NCBI RefSeq assembly: GCF_902713615.1
Contig: NW_024055431.1
Span: forward strand, 62,001-126,000
Reading direction: 5' to 3'
From: Scyliorhinus canicula
Lineage: Eukaryota
DNA length: 64,000 nt
Below the pieces are notes generated by a model. That model was not told the DNA's origin and ran no database searches. It was given only the letters and a program-made list of their open reading frames with translations. A program made the position numbers and the translations under genes. Of this stretch, positions 1-12,349 are shown in pieces; position 1 is the stretch's first letter; every line of letters starts with the position of its first letter.

Positions 1-298
1 ATGGGATAGAGTCCCGGAGTGTTGCAAATCTGACTGACAGACGATTTATTCCCGGATAATGTAATTTAATCTGTTTATGTTCATCCCTTTATATTGGAGT
101 GTATAAATAAAGAGACTTCATATATAATGGAATTAGATTTTACTTATAGATGTTCAAATATAAATTTCCATTCGGATGAGGATAGACATTACAATCAATC
201 CATTCAGCCAATCAAATATACCGATACCGATAATGTCTTTTTTTAATTAATAGTCTATAGTAAATCTCTGAGTCCATTCTGTTGGGGGTGTGGAAGGC

Positions 299-385
299 GG
301 GACGTGGATCCAGTCCCCGCCTCCACCAGGGAATCAAAAGGCGGCGCCTGGAAAGCCGCCCCCTTCTGCCGGGTATTTAAATGCC
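299..385 (+). promoter_or_regulatory. Putative VH proximal promoter (GC box, TATA-like)
   Basis: CCCCGCCTCC near 315-324 and TATTTAAA at 374-381, about 80-90 bp upstream of the leader ATG. No exact octamer seen nearby; a one-mismatch TTGCAAAT is at 22-29. Confidence 0.45.
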
Positions 386-460
386 GCTCACTGGGACCCG
401 ACTCCAACAGTCCGAGAGCTGGTTTGTTCACTGAGTTCCTGACACAACCATTTCCCCCAA

Positions 461-518
461 ATGGCCAGAAGGATGAGGTGGGCCATTTCTCTCAGTCTGT
501 TGCTGACTTTCTTATCCC
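461..518 (+). CDS. IGHV: IgH V leader exon (MARR)MRWAISLSLLLTFLS
   Basis: In-frame ATGs at 461 and 473, hydrophobic signal peptide, phase-1 GTGAGT donor at 519. Confidence 0.92.
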
Positions 519-646
519 GTGAGTAGTTTTTATTGTCCAAGTCTCTCACTGTTACTGTCTCAGTGTTAGTCTCTCTCTGGAATGTTCCAGAGTCACCAAT
601 CATTTCACCAGCATTAATCCTCGGGCTTTTTGATATATTTTTACAG

Positions 647-951
647 GTGTCCAGTCGGATGTTGTGTTGACTCAGCCAGAGGCAGAGACCGGGCGTCCCG
701 GAGGCCCCCTGACACTGACCTGTAAAACCAGCGGCTTCAATCTTGGCAGCTACTACATGCACTGGGTCCGGCAGGTTCCCGGGCAGGGGCTGGAGTGGCT
801 GCTTCGGTACTATGATTCATCCAGCAACAACTACGCCCCAGCCATTAAAGATCGATTCACTGCGTCCAAAGACACTTCAAACAACATCTTCTCTTTGGCC
901 ATGAGGAGCCTGAAGACCGAAGACACCGCCATCTATTACTGTGCAGGATAC
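647..951 (+). CDS. IGHV: Germline VH exon (RVQS|DVVLTQ...WVRQ...YYCAG)
   Basis: TTACAG acceptor ends at 646. Canonical Cys-Trp-Cys V-domain framework, open frame, followed directly by an RSS. Confidence 0.97.
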
Positions 952-990
952 CACAGCGAGAGGAACCAGGGCTGGACCCGCACAAGAACA
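952..990 (+). other. VH 3' RSS, 23-bp spacer
   Basis: CACAGCG 952-958, 23 nt, ACAAGAACA 982-990. Confidence 0.93.
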
Positions 991-1360
991 GCTCGAGAGG
1001 GAATTCAGCAACTTACACCTTAACCTAAAGGTCAGCACTTGATCCAAATGTAATATTAATGTCAGTGATCAGAGTCATTGCACACGCTGCTTCTTACATA
1101 ACTCACATAGAGAAAACTAAACAGTGAAACCGAACAAACCAATCAATCTAATAGGATGAGCTTTTGTCTGTTTACATTTACTGTTCACAGTTTCAGCAAT
1201 TAGAGACTTGGCTATAATCCTGGTTTTATTATTTCGGATTCTTGGAGAAAGCGTATGTACATTGGGTTTTATAAACTGCTGTCAAATTGTAAATTAGATC
1301 AGAAGTAAACGTGTATTTGAAGTGAATATTGAGCAGCAGGACTGAACAGAGAGTGAGTGC

Positions 1361-1438
1361 AGTTTTTGTGCGGGTGTCTGTCACTGTGACTACAGTGGGT
1401 CACAGTGCTGTGCACAGCGACATCCTCATACAAAAACC
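1361..1438 (+). other. IGHD: D1 segment (1389-1400, ACTACAGTGGGT) with 12-RSS (5') and 22-RSS (3')
   Basis: AGTTTTTGT-12-CACTGTG | D | CACAGTG-22-ACAAAAACC; three open reading frames (TTVG, LQW, YSG). Confidence 0.95.
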
Positions 1439-1751
1439 TCAGTGATAGAGTTTGTTCAAATTGGTGATCAGGGCCACAGCACGAACGTTAAAGTAAACGA
1501 GTTTTAAATAAAACAACGTTTGGAAGTAATATTAGTTTGCAAAAAGGTATAAAAATCTTCCACTTTATCACTGTTGACCGACTCGCTAAATCTTCCCAGA
1601 GGGTTTAAAAGTGTTCCGATCTTCTTTATAAATTTGATGACACGGACAAGCTGAAATAATTCACCCATTCGCTCTTGGAAGAGAGAGAGTTAGTTTTTTG
1701 GGAAAGCAGTGAAATTAAATCTCTGTATTTTACAGTTAACAAGTCTGCCGC

Positions 1752-1817
1752 AGTATTTGACACGCTGTGTCTCACTGTGACAACTGGGGCACAGCAGTTA
1801 CTGTCAATACAAAAAGC
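1752..1817 (+). other. IGHD: D2 segment (1780-1789, ACAACTGGGG) with 12/12 RSS
   Basis: AGTATTTGA-12-CACTGTG | D | CACAGCA-12-ACAAAAAGC. Confidence 0.92.
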
Positions 1818-2139
1818 CCCTCAGCACTAATTAACTGAGGCTGGCTCAGTGCTCGCTTTTACAATCCAACTTTATTCACAGTGAAGTATTATTTGATTCC
1901 AGCACTGACAAAATAATCAGAATTAATGTGGAAAATTGGTTGTCGTTATTTAGTCACAGTTGGTGTTTTCAATAACATTTCCATGTCTGTGAAATGTAAA
2001 ACATTCGGTCATTTATGAAGAGAGAACGGTATCCACAAATATTAATATAATTTCCTGAAAATTAATCGTGCATTCTCTTTGCCGTTGGTTTGTGAATGTT
2101 TAAAATAATGGTGGATTTCTGTCTATTTTATGCAGGTGC

Positions 2140-2178
2140 GGTTATTGTATGGAGCTGCCCAGGGAATGTGACACTGTG
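2140..2178 (+). other. JH 5' RSS, 23-bp spacer
   Basis: GGTTATTGT 2140-2148, 23 nt, CACTGTG 2172-2178. Confidence 0.93.
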
Positions 2179-2226
2179 ACTACTTCCAATACTGGGGACA
2201 AGGCACCATGGTGACGGTGACTGCAG
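2179..2226 (+). CDS. IGHJ: JH segment (YFQYWGQGTMVTVTA)
   Basis: WGxG motif; GTAAG donor at 2227. Confidence 0.97.
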
Positions 2227-2279
2227 GTAAGAACCATTCCGTCATTTACCAACTGTTTTACTTGAGTATTTGTTTTATA

Positions 2280-3760
2280 TTTTTCTGTATTTTCAAAATC
2301 CATTCGTTCACTGAAATATGTTTTGGTGGATCATGTATTGAGATGTTGTTGGAATGTTTCATTTGATTCTGCTGAAAGGGGAATACAGAATCCCGCGGTT
2401 TCTTGACAGAAAGATGCTGCTGAGGGATTCAGTCCCTGTTTGCTGTGATTTGATGTTTATTTGCTGAGGATACGGTGTGGCCGGGCTACTTTAAATACAA
2501 AACGTCTGTTTTTACGATGTTTAATCTCGGTTCTATCGAATGTCTGCAGCTTGTACCGTCTTCCGCACAAGTGTATGAGATCGATCCCAATATTGACTAA
2601 ATGTGCTAAAGTTTCTGTATTAACTTATTGAACATGTTCTGCTTACTGAAAGTGCTGATGGTATTATTCAAGTTTTCTGTTTAGTTTACCTGTTCATTCA
2701 TTTGATGACATGAGGGTTTGGTGTATTCTAAATTGAGATGTTCTTGCAATGTTACATTTGATTCTTTTGGAAGGTTTGTAGAATTGAGCTGCTTCTCCGT
2801 GATGTTTCATTCCTTCAGTGATGTGATTTGGTGTTTTCCTGCTGAGGAATGTTTTTGGGTGTCTTTGTGTAGGAATGTTTGTGAAATGGTTTGGCGTGTC
2901 TGTATTGTTTCAACTCGGTGACACTGAGCGGTTACACGGTTTGTGATTGAATACAAAGAGTCTGCGTGTTTGAAACTGCTTGTCGCAGGATTATCGGCAG
3001 AGAACAGGGAGGCTGTTAATGCATCGTGAAAAAAGTGAAAATTGCAGATTAAACTAAGCCACGTTTTACCACAAATCCTTTCCGAGCACAAGTGTTGCTG
3101 CAATCAGTTTGCCGTTTGTGCAAAGTTTAATCTCGGTGGCATCTGATGGTTGCAGCTTTTACCATCTCCTGCAAACATTAAAAACATTTAAATATGTTTG
3201 AAAAATGACTCAATATGAAAAAATGTGGTAAATTTTCAATATTTATTTGTTGTTAATATTCCAGCTCCTCGCAATGCTATTGCTGTTATTCCAGATTTCT
3301 ATTTAGTTAAATAATTCATACATTTGGCGAAGAGCTGGTTTGCTGGATATTGATATTTTCTTGCAATGTTAAGTTTGATCCTGTTCGATGTAGAGTTGAG
3401 TTGCTTCTCCATAAACGGGTTTCATTGATGTGATTTAGTGTTTTGTTCTGCTGAGGAGATTGTGTATCTGGGTGACCTTAAATGATTCAGATCTGTCAAT
3501 CGGTTCAGCGTTTCTGCATTTTTTCTGCATTATTTAAACTCGGTGACACTGAGCGGTTACACGTTTTCTGGTTGAATGCAAACAGTCTCCGCATTGGAAA
3601 ATGCTTGAAAGGCGATTGTCGGGAGAAAACAGCCAGGCTTAAGAAAATAATCGAATAAAGATATATTGATGCATTTTGTAATTTTAACTGATGCTTCCAG
3701 ATTAAACGAAATAGTGACTGAAACGCCCATGCAGAACACAGTAACATGTATATAATTCAT
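2280..3760. repeat. Three diverged tandem units 3' of JH
   Basis: Shared cores GAGATGTT(G/C)TTG(G/C)AATGTT..TTTGAT at ~2339, ~2735 and ~3351; AACTCGGTGACACTGAGCGGTTACACG at ~2912 and ~3537. Confidence 0.7.
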
Positions 3761-5699
3761 ACAATTGCAATGCGGTGATACAACTCTATATTAACCAAGG
3801 GTTATTTTAGATTAATATAATTCATCATTAATCACCTTTCACAATCCTGCTGTGTTCTGCACGAGGTTGACATGGCCGGAAAGGTTTCCAGGCTGGAAAT
3901 ACTTTGTAGTTCCAGTTATTCTATAATTTCAGTGCCGCTGCAACCATATTATACCTTCACTGTAATGCGTAGTTGGATAGCGAGGGAATTAACAGTAATC
4001 TGACCTGAAACAGTTTTCTTAGATGTGAAAGTCGCTGTCAATCAAGGAATTGTTCCCATGATTTCATTTGTATTGTAGGAAAGTTGAGATTGCACATGGC
4101 AAGAGATTGAAAAGTAAAAGCTTGAATGTCAAACCGATTTATTTATTTACAAAAGGTTAACAGTACCTCTGCATTTTATAATGACATCCTGTCTCCCACG
4201 GCTGTGCTCTACACACGATAGAATTACAGGAAGAACAGATGATAGGAAAGTAAGAATGATTATATCTTAGTTTTCGGCTTAAATTTTATTAAATGCTAAA
4301 TTCAACAACAAATTCTCCACTCCACTTGCTCATAATGGGTGCGTTTTGCAAATGATTTGAATAAATATTACTGAGCTGTTCTCGTTATATTCATTACTTT
4401 CTGAGAATAGGTGGAGGTTATGATTTATCAATGCGTTCAGAAAGGCGCATATTTTACACATTTGTAGGTCGAATAGAGCAATTTGAGTTTAAAAAATGTG
4501 AATATAGTCAACTAAATGTTAAGATGATTCCATCGAGTAATTTGGAGTTTACTGTTCAATATTATTTGATTGTCAGGTTGTTTTAATTGAATCCCAATTA
4601 TTTCATAAAGCTCTGGGTAAAAACAAATTGGGGATTATTGAATGTTATTTTTATCATGTTTATTATTATAGTACAGATAATCGAATAAAGAATTAGCTGA
4701 CAATTAACAATAACTTACAATACAATATCAGTGAGAATTAATTCAACATAAATGACCTCCTCCAATTGAGTTGTATACTGGCGTGCAATATCTCAAATGT
4801 TTTAGAGAATTTTAATAATATCTGAAATTAATTTAGGAAACCATACATTTCATTATACTGCTGTGTGCAGCTAAAATCTATTTCTGATAACATTATTTTG
4901 CTCTGATTCTTTTTCTGATTACATTTAATTGTGGTTTTAGATCATATCAGTGGGTAATGTGAATATTTCCTGGTTTGTTTAATTATTGCCCTGTCACTGA
5001 GTCTCTGTTCTGCCATTAATCTACCCTGAATCTGTAATATTTAATCTGCTCATTTTCAGCAAAACTATTTTGTGCCCAATTATCGAGTTTTGAGATAGAC
5101 AGAGAGAAATAGTTAAAAATCGAATGCAGTTTTGAAATTAATGTCAGTTTAATTTCAAATAAGTCACTAAATTATTGTTGTCGGAAGTTGACCATTGATA
5201 AATTAGAATCAAACAGTTTCATGAAACTGACAGATTGAACAGATCTATCTGCTGGAACTCGATTGTTGTCATGTGTGTCTGTTCAGTTTCTGTGCGTGCG
5301 GTCACTGTGCTGGGACCAGGAATCTTCCTGATTGGTTGTAAATCTTCTACTTCATTTTCCAGTATTTCAGGGAGTGCAATTTGATCAAGTCCTTCAATAA
5401 AACTTGTATATGTGTGGAATGTGGGAATTATACTCGATGTTTGACTAGGCGACTCAGAACGGGGATTCCAAACCCAGATTGTGACAGTCAGAAATAATTC
5501 AGCAACGCCAGACAGGCTGGAGAAGGAGATTTGGTTGATTTTTAAGCAGTGATATATTAGTCTTGGGAATTTTCGATTCGGCAATGCAGAGAGCGCTTTA
5601 TTGGGTTACATTCCGTGCTATGGCAGTCCCTGATCTATTTACTGGGTCAGTGCAGCGGAGAAATCCCTTTGCATTTTATTTTTAATCCTAACCTAGGAT

Positions 5700-5930
5700 T
5701 CTGGAGGCGCTGGCAAGGCCAGATTTTATTATATATGCCTAAGGGTCCTTGGGAAAGATTTGATGTGAAGCATCCTTGAATAGCTGCAGTCCATGTGGCG
5801 GAGGTATATCTGCAATATTGCTAGGTCCAGAATTTTGACTCGGCGACAGTGAAGGATTGGCAGTATATTTCCAAATCAGGATGGTGAGTGTCTTGGAAGG
5901 GAACTTGCAGGTTTTGGTGCACCCATGCAT
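5700..5930. mobile_element. LINE-derived fragment
   Basis: Shares GGAAxGGAACTTGCAGG and flanks with the repeat fragment at ~50890-51000. Confidence 0.4.
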
Positions 5931-7455
5931 CGATACAAACACATTCACACTCTCACGCTCTCACACACATTCTCTCACAGCCTCACACAAACTAATTCTC
6001 TCACGCACATAATCACAATACATCTTTCAAACATACACACTGTGCCTCACACGCAATCACACACTCACAATCTCACTCTCAGACACACTGTGATGATCTC
6101 TCACTCACACATTCACTCACACGCGCTCTCACTCACACAGGCTCTATCTCACACGCACTCTCTTTCACCAAATCTCTCTGACACACCTTGCCTCTCTCTC
6201 ACACACACTCAAACACAAAGACCGTCTCTCTCCCTCACATACATGCATAATCACTCTTCACACGTAGCATTTTTTCTTTCAGGCTCTCTCTCATACACAT
6301 TCCCTCTGATATACACAAACACAATATCTCAGACGCACACAAACTCGCCAACACATTATTACTCTCTCACTCTCTCGCTCTCGCGCACTCTCACACGCGC
6401 ACCCTGGCACATGCCCTCTCTCTCTCATGGACACTGTCTCATTCTCTCTCTGACACACAATCTGTCTCTTTCAGGCATACAGTATCTCACACCCTCTCTC
6501 ACATTCTCTCTCTCTCTGACACACACACTCTCTCATACGCACATTCTTTCTCTCACACACTCCCTCTCGATCACAGACACACTATCTCAGACACACAGAT
6601 CTCTCTCTCTCTCTCCCACACACAGTCTCACATCCATAATCGCTCTTCGGACAGAATCATTCCTTCTTTCACACACAGAATCTCAAACATACTATCTCTC
6701 TCCCTTTCTCTCACACACACTCCCACAGACACACACGCACCCTGTCACACACATACATTCTCTCACCTGCTGTCTCTCATGCACACTGTGTCTCTCTCAC
6801 ACAAAATCTCTCTCTTTCGCACATGCACACTCTCATACACAAACACACACATACTCACACAAGCACTTATTTCTCTCACACACAAACACTGGTACATACA
6901 TATCTCGTAAACACACTTTCTTTCACTCAAGCACAGACATGTTCTTTGGCACACTCTCACACGTTCTCTCATAAACACACAAACTCGGCCGCACAATCTG
7001 TCCTTCTCAGACACATGGTCTCTCCCTCATACATACACAAACACTCCCACACAAACAGTATCTCGCAAACACATATATTCTCTCACTCAAACTCAGACGT
7101 GTTCTTTGGCATACTCTATCACACGTTCTCAGAAACACACAAACGCGCCCCCACATTCTGTCTCTCTCTAACACACGTGGTCTCTCTCTCACTGTCTGAG
7201 GTACACACTCACACGCTCTCTAATCTCTCACACACACTCAATCATCCACACACTATCTCGAACTCACGCACACAATCTTCCATTTACACGCACTCACACA
7301 CACATTGCCTCTCTCACTCACACACAAAATCTCACACTCACATCCCCACACACACACTCACACATAAACTCTCCCTTGCAAATTATTTTATTCACCCTCT
7401 AACACCTATCTTACATACATACACGTACTCTGTAGGAGTGTGGTCTGTTCAGTTT

Positions 7456-7657
7456 CTGAAAGAATTAAAGCATCTGCCCAGTGATCTACACTGCTGTCTG
7501 ACTGTACACAGGCGGTGTTACTGAAAGTATTAAAGCAGCTGCCCAGTGATCTACACTGCTGTTTGACTGTACACAGCCGGTGTTACTGAAAGTATTAAAG
7601 CAGCTACCCAGTGATCTACACTGCTGTCTGACTGTACACAGCCGATGTTACTGAAAG
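7456..7657. repeat. 3 x 65-bp tandem repeat
   Basis: CTGAAAG(T/A)ATTAAAGCA... restarts at 7456, 7521 and 7586; partial copy at 7651. Confidence 0.9.
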
Positions 7658-7879
7658 CTGATCAATGTGGAGAATCAGGACAGGATCGATGGAGAGGAAG
7701 AGGTGGTGGAGCCCCCAGCTCGGCTGCGGACAAGACAAAAGGAAGCTGAGTCTCAGCGGAAAATCATCCAGAGACACATCGTCATAATGGCTGGGAGTAC
7801 CTGTGAATCATCACTCACCCACGGTCACTCACTCACTCACTCACTCCCACACCCTCACTCACACATCCTCACTCACTCC

Positions 7880-8105
7880 TTTTTAAAAATAAATTTAGAG
7901 TACCCAATCCATTTTTTCTAATTAAGGGGCAATTTAACGTAGACAATCCACCTACCCTGCACATCTTTGGGCTGTGGGGATGAAACCCACGCAAACACGG
8001 GGAGAATGTGCAAACTCCACACGGACAGTGACCCAGAGCCCGGATCGAACCTGGGACCTGGACGCTGTGAGGCAGCAGGGCTACCACTGCACCACCATGC
8101 TGCCC
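7880..8105 (-). mobile_element. HE1/V-SINE-like tRNA-derived SINE
   Basis: GGGCAGCATGGTGG head, GGTTCGATCC B-box and V-SINE-type core; many paralogs in this window. Confidence 0.85.
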
Positions 8106-11100
8106 TTTCACTCACTCCTTCACACACACTTACCCACCGTCACTCACTCACACAGCCTCACTCACTCACACACACATTCTCACACACCCTCACTCACTCA
8201 CACACCCTCACTCACACAGCCTCACTCACCATCACTCACTCACCCACTCACTCACTCACACTCACAGCCTCACTCACTCACACACACCTCCTCACTCACC
8301 CTCACTCACTCACTCACACAGCCTCACTCACTCACATCCACCCTCACTCACATACCCTCACTCACTCGCTAACTCTCACTCACTCACACACACCTCCTCA
8401 CACCCTCACTCACTCATCCACTCTCACTCACTCACACACACATCCTCACACACCCTCATCACTCACACACACATCCTCACACACCCTCACTCACTCACAC
8501 CCACGCTCACTCACACGCCTTCACTCACTCATCCTCACACACTAATGCACACTCTCTCACACACACCTTCACTCACTCACTCACTCTCACTCACACCCAC
8601 CCTCACTCACACACCCTCACTCACTCACTCTCACTCACTCACACCCTCACTCACTCATCCTCACACACTAATGCACACTCCCTCACTCACACGCCTTCAC
8701 TCACTCACTCACCCTCACTCACTCACTCACTCTCACTCACTCACACCCACCCTCACTCACACACCCTCACTCACTCATCCTCACATACTAATGCACACTC
8801 CCTCACTCACACACCTTCACTCACTCACACACCCTGACACACTCACCCACCCCCACTCACACACCCTCATTCACCAACCCTCACTTATCCACCCTCACTC
8901 GCACATCTTCACTCATCCACCCGCACACACACCCTCACTCACATACACTCACTCACCCACCTTCACTTACACGCACTCACCACCCTCCCTGAATCTCCCT
9001 CATTCACCGACTCTCATTTACTCACTCCCACACCCTCACTCACACACCCTCACTCACACGCCCTCACTCACTCCCAGAGCCTCACTCACTCACTTTCACT
9101 CACTCACACCCTCACTCACTCATCCTCACACACTAATGCACACTCCCTCACTCACACGCCTTCACTCACTCACTCACCCTCACTCACTCACTCACTCTCA
9201 CTCACTCACACCCACACTCACTCATCCTCACATACTAATGCACACTCCCTCACTCACACACCTTCATTCACTCACACACCCTGACACACTCACCCACCCC
9301 CACTCACACACCCTCATTCACCAACCCTCACTTATCCACCCTCACTCACACATCTTCACTCATCCACCCTCACACACACCCTCACTCACATACACTCACT
9401 CACCCACCTTCACTCACAGGCACTCACTACCCTCCTTGAATCTCCCTCATTCACCGACTCTCATTTACTCACTCCCACACCCTCACTCACACACCCTCAC
9501 TCACACACCCTCACTCACTCCCACACCCTCACTCACACACCCTCACTCACACGCCCTCACTCACTCACACCCCTCACTGACCCACCCACCCTCACTCATC
9601 CACCCTCACTCACACATCCTCACTCGCACACACTCACTCAGATGCACTCACAACACTTCCTGAATCTCCCTCACTCACCTACTCTCCCTCTCCCACCCTC
9701 ACTCACTCACACAGTCTCACTCACACACCTTCACTCACACACCATCACTCACACACCATCACTCACTCAAACAACCTCACTCACTATAACACCCTCACTC
9801 ACCATCCCTCTCTCACACTCATTGACTCACACTTGCTAGCCCAACCTAAATAGCTCACTCTCATTCACCCACACTGATTCACACACCCTCACTCCCCCTC
9901 ACTCCCCCTCACTCACCCACACTGATTCACTCACCCACCCTCACTCACTCAGCCTCACACACCCACCCTCACGCATCCTCACTAACCCTCTGTCACACAA
10001 CCTCACTCAGTCGCCCTCGCTCATTCACCCTCAGTCACACACGTTCACACTACCCTCATTACTCACCCTCAATCATCTTCACTCACTCACACACCCTCAC
10101 TCATTCTTCCTCGTTCATCCAGCATTATTCACTCACCCACTCTCACTCTCTCAGCCTCATTCACTCACCTACCGACCCTCACTCACCTTCATTCAGTAAC
10201 CCACATACGCACCCAACCTCATTCAGCCTCACACACCCACCCTCAATGATCCTCCTTCAGTCTCTCAGCTCAATCAATCACCCATCCTCACTCACTCACC
10301 CTCACTCACCCACCCACCCTCACTTTCTCACGCTCAGTCACACACCCACCCTCACTCATCCTCATTCAATCACTCAGCTCAATCAATCACCCATCTTCAC
10401 TCACTCACCCTCACTCACCCACCCACCCTCACTTACTCACGCTCAGTCACACACCCTCACATACTCACCCTCATTCACTTACCCTCACTCACTCACCCTC
10501 ACGATCTCAAGCAGTCTCACACCCTCACACACTCACCCTCATTCACTTTCCCTCACCCACCCATGCTCACTCACCCTCACTCACACTGTCCTCACTTACT
10601 CACCCCTTTCATTCACCCACCCACCCTCACTCTCCTTCATTCAGTAACTTACCCTCACTCAGTCACCCACCCTCACTAACACACTCACACACCCACTCTC
10701 CCTCTCCCACTCTCATTCACTCGACCTCACTGACGCCCACAATCACTCACCTCACTCACTCACTTTCTCACTCACACTCACCCACTCACCCACCCTCAGA
10801 AAACTACCCTAACTCAGCCCCACTCACTCAACATCACACCCACCATCACTCCCCCATCCTCTCGCATTCGCCCACCCTGACTCACTGCCCTCTCTCACCC
10901 ACCCTGACTCACTACCCTGACTCACTATCCTGACTCACTACCCTCACTCACACAGACTCACTCACACAGCATCACTCACACAGCCTCACTCACACAGCCT
11001 CACTCACACAGGCTCACACACACAGCCTCACTCACACCGCCTCACTCACAAGGCGTCTCTCACCCCCATTTCCCATGCACGTTCACTCACAATCTCACAC

Positions 11101-11880
11101 ATCCTCATTCACACACCCTCACTCATCCATTTTCCCTCTTACATCCTCACTCAGCCACCCTCACTTACACACACTCATGCACCCACACTTGTTCACCCGC
11201 TCTCAGCCACCGTCACTTACACACACTCACTCACCATCACTCACACACCCTCATTAACTCACTCACCATCACTCACCCAACCTCATTAAATTACCCTCGC
11301 CTCTCACCCTCACTCACTCATGCACCCACTCTCATTCACTCCCTCATTCTTAACCAGCCACTCTTATTCTTTCATTCACCCTCACTCACTCAACCACTAT
11401 CACATACCCTCGCTCACCCACCCACACTGATGCTCCGCCGCTCATACACCCTCACTCACCCAAGTTCACCCACTAATTCTGTTACACACCTCGCTCACAG
11501 CCACACTCATACAGCCTTAACCACCCTCACTCATTCACTCCCACTTATTCATCCTCACTCTTTCACTCTCACTCATTCACCCTCACGCATTGACCTTCAC
11601 TCATTCACCCTCCCCATTCACTCACCCGCAGTCACTAATCCTGCCTCACCCACCCTCACCCACTCACCTTCACCACACAACTTCACTCACAAACTCACCC
11701 TCCAGGCCTCACTCACCCATCCTCACTTATTTTCCACCTCTCACTCACTGTCCCTCACCCATCATGACTCACTCACCCTCAGTGACACACCCTCACCCAA
11801 TTACCCTCACTCAGTCAACCCCCCCATTCTCTTCCACTCATCCACACTCTCATATCCTCAATCACCCAACTCACTCACCC

Positions 11881-12320
11881 ACACTCACTCTCCTACCCTC
11901 ACTCAGTTACTCACTCACCCGCACTCACTCTCCCACCCTCACTCAGTTACTCACTCACCCACACTCACTCTCCCACCCTCACTCAGTTACTCACTCACCC
12001 GCACTCACTCTCCTACCCATACTCAGTTACTCACTCAACCGCACTCACTCTCCTACCCTCACTCAGTTACTCACTCACACGCACTCACTCGCCTACCCTC
12101 ACTCAGTTACTCACTCATCCGCACTCACTCTCCTACCCTCACTCAGTTACTCACTCAACCGCACTCACTCTCCTACCCTCGCTCAGTTACTCACTCACCC
12201 GCACTCACTCTCCTACCCTCACTCAGTGACACACTCACTCGCACTCACTCTCCTACCCTCACTCAGTTACTCAGTTACACACACTCACTCTCCTACCCTC
12301 ACTCAGTTACTCACTCACTC
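11881..12320. repeat. 11 x 40-bp minisatellite
   Basis: Unit (G/A)CACTCACTCTCCTACCCTCACTCAGTTACTCACTCACCC in exact 40-bp register. Confidence 0.93.
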
Positions 12321-12349
12321 TCCTCATTCTCTCTTATTCACGGTCCCTA

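Larger units (their letters stand above)
5925..12330. repeat. 6.4-kb low-complexity CA/CT-rich (CACT, CACA, CTCT) tract, G-poor on the + strand
   Basis: Direct inspection; it produces the spurious His/Thr/Ser/Leu ORFs. Confidence 0.95.

Noticed and set aside
322-337. CCACCAGGG as a CTCF site in the VH promoter
   Set aside because: Only the first half matches; the GGCGC half is absent.
952-1023. VH ORF extension [13 protein letters not shown]...
   Set aside because: Read-through of the RSS in germline configuration; not coding.
2900-2930. CACTGAG heptamer-like motif (also ~3546) as an extra J or D signal
   Set aside because: No acceptable nonamer at 12 or 23 bp and no WGxG or D-like segment follows.
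7869-8127. Recurrent short ORFs such as MVVSINASQLQGPRFDSRLGHCLCGVC...
   Set aside because: Translations of HE1-like SINE copies, not genes.
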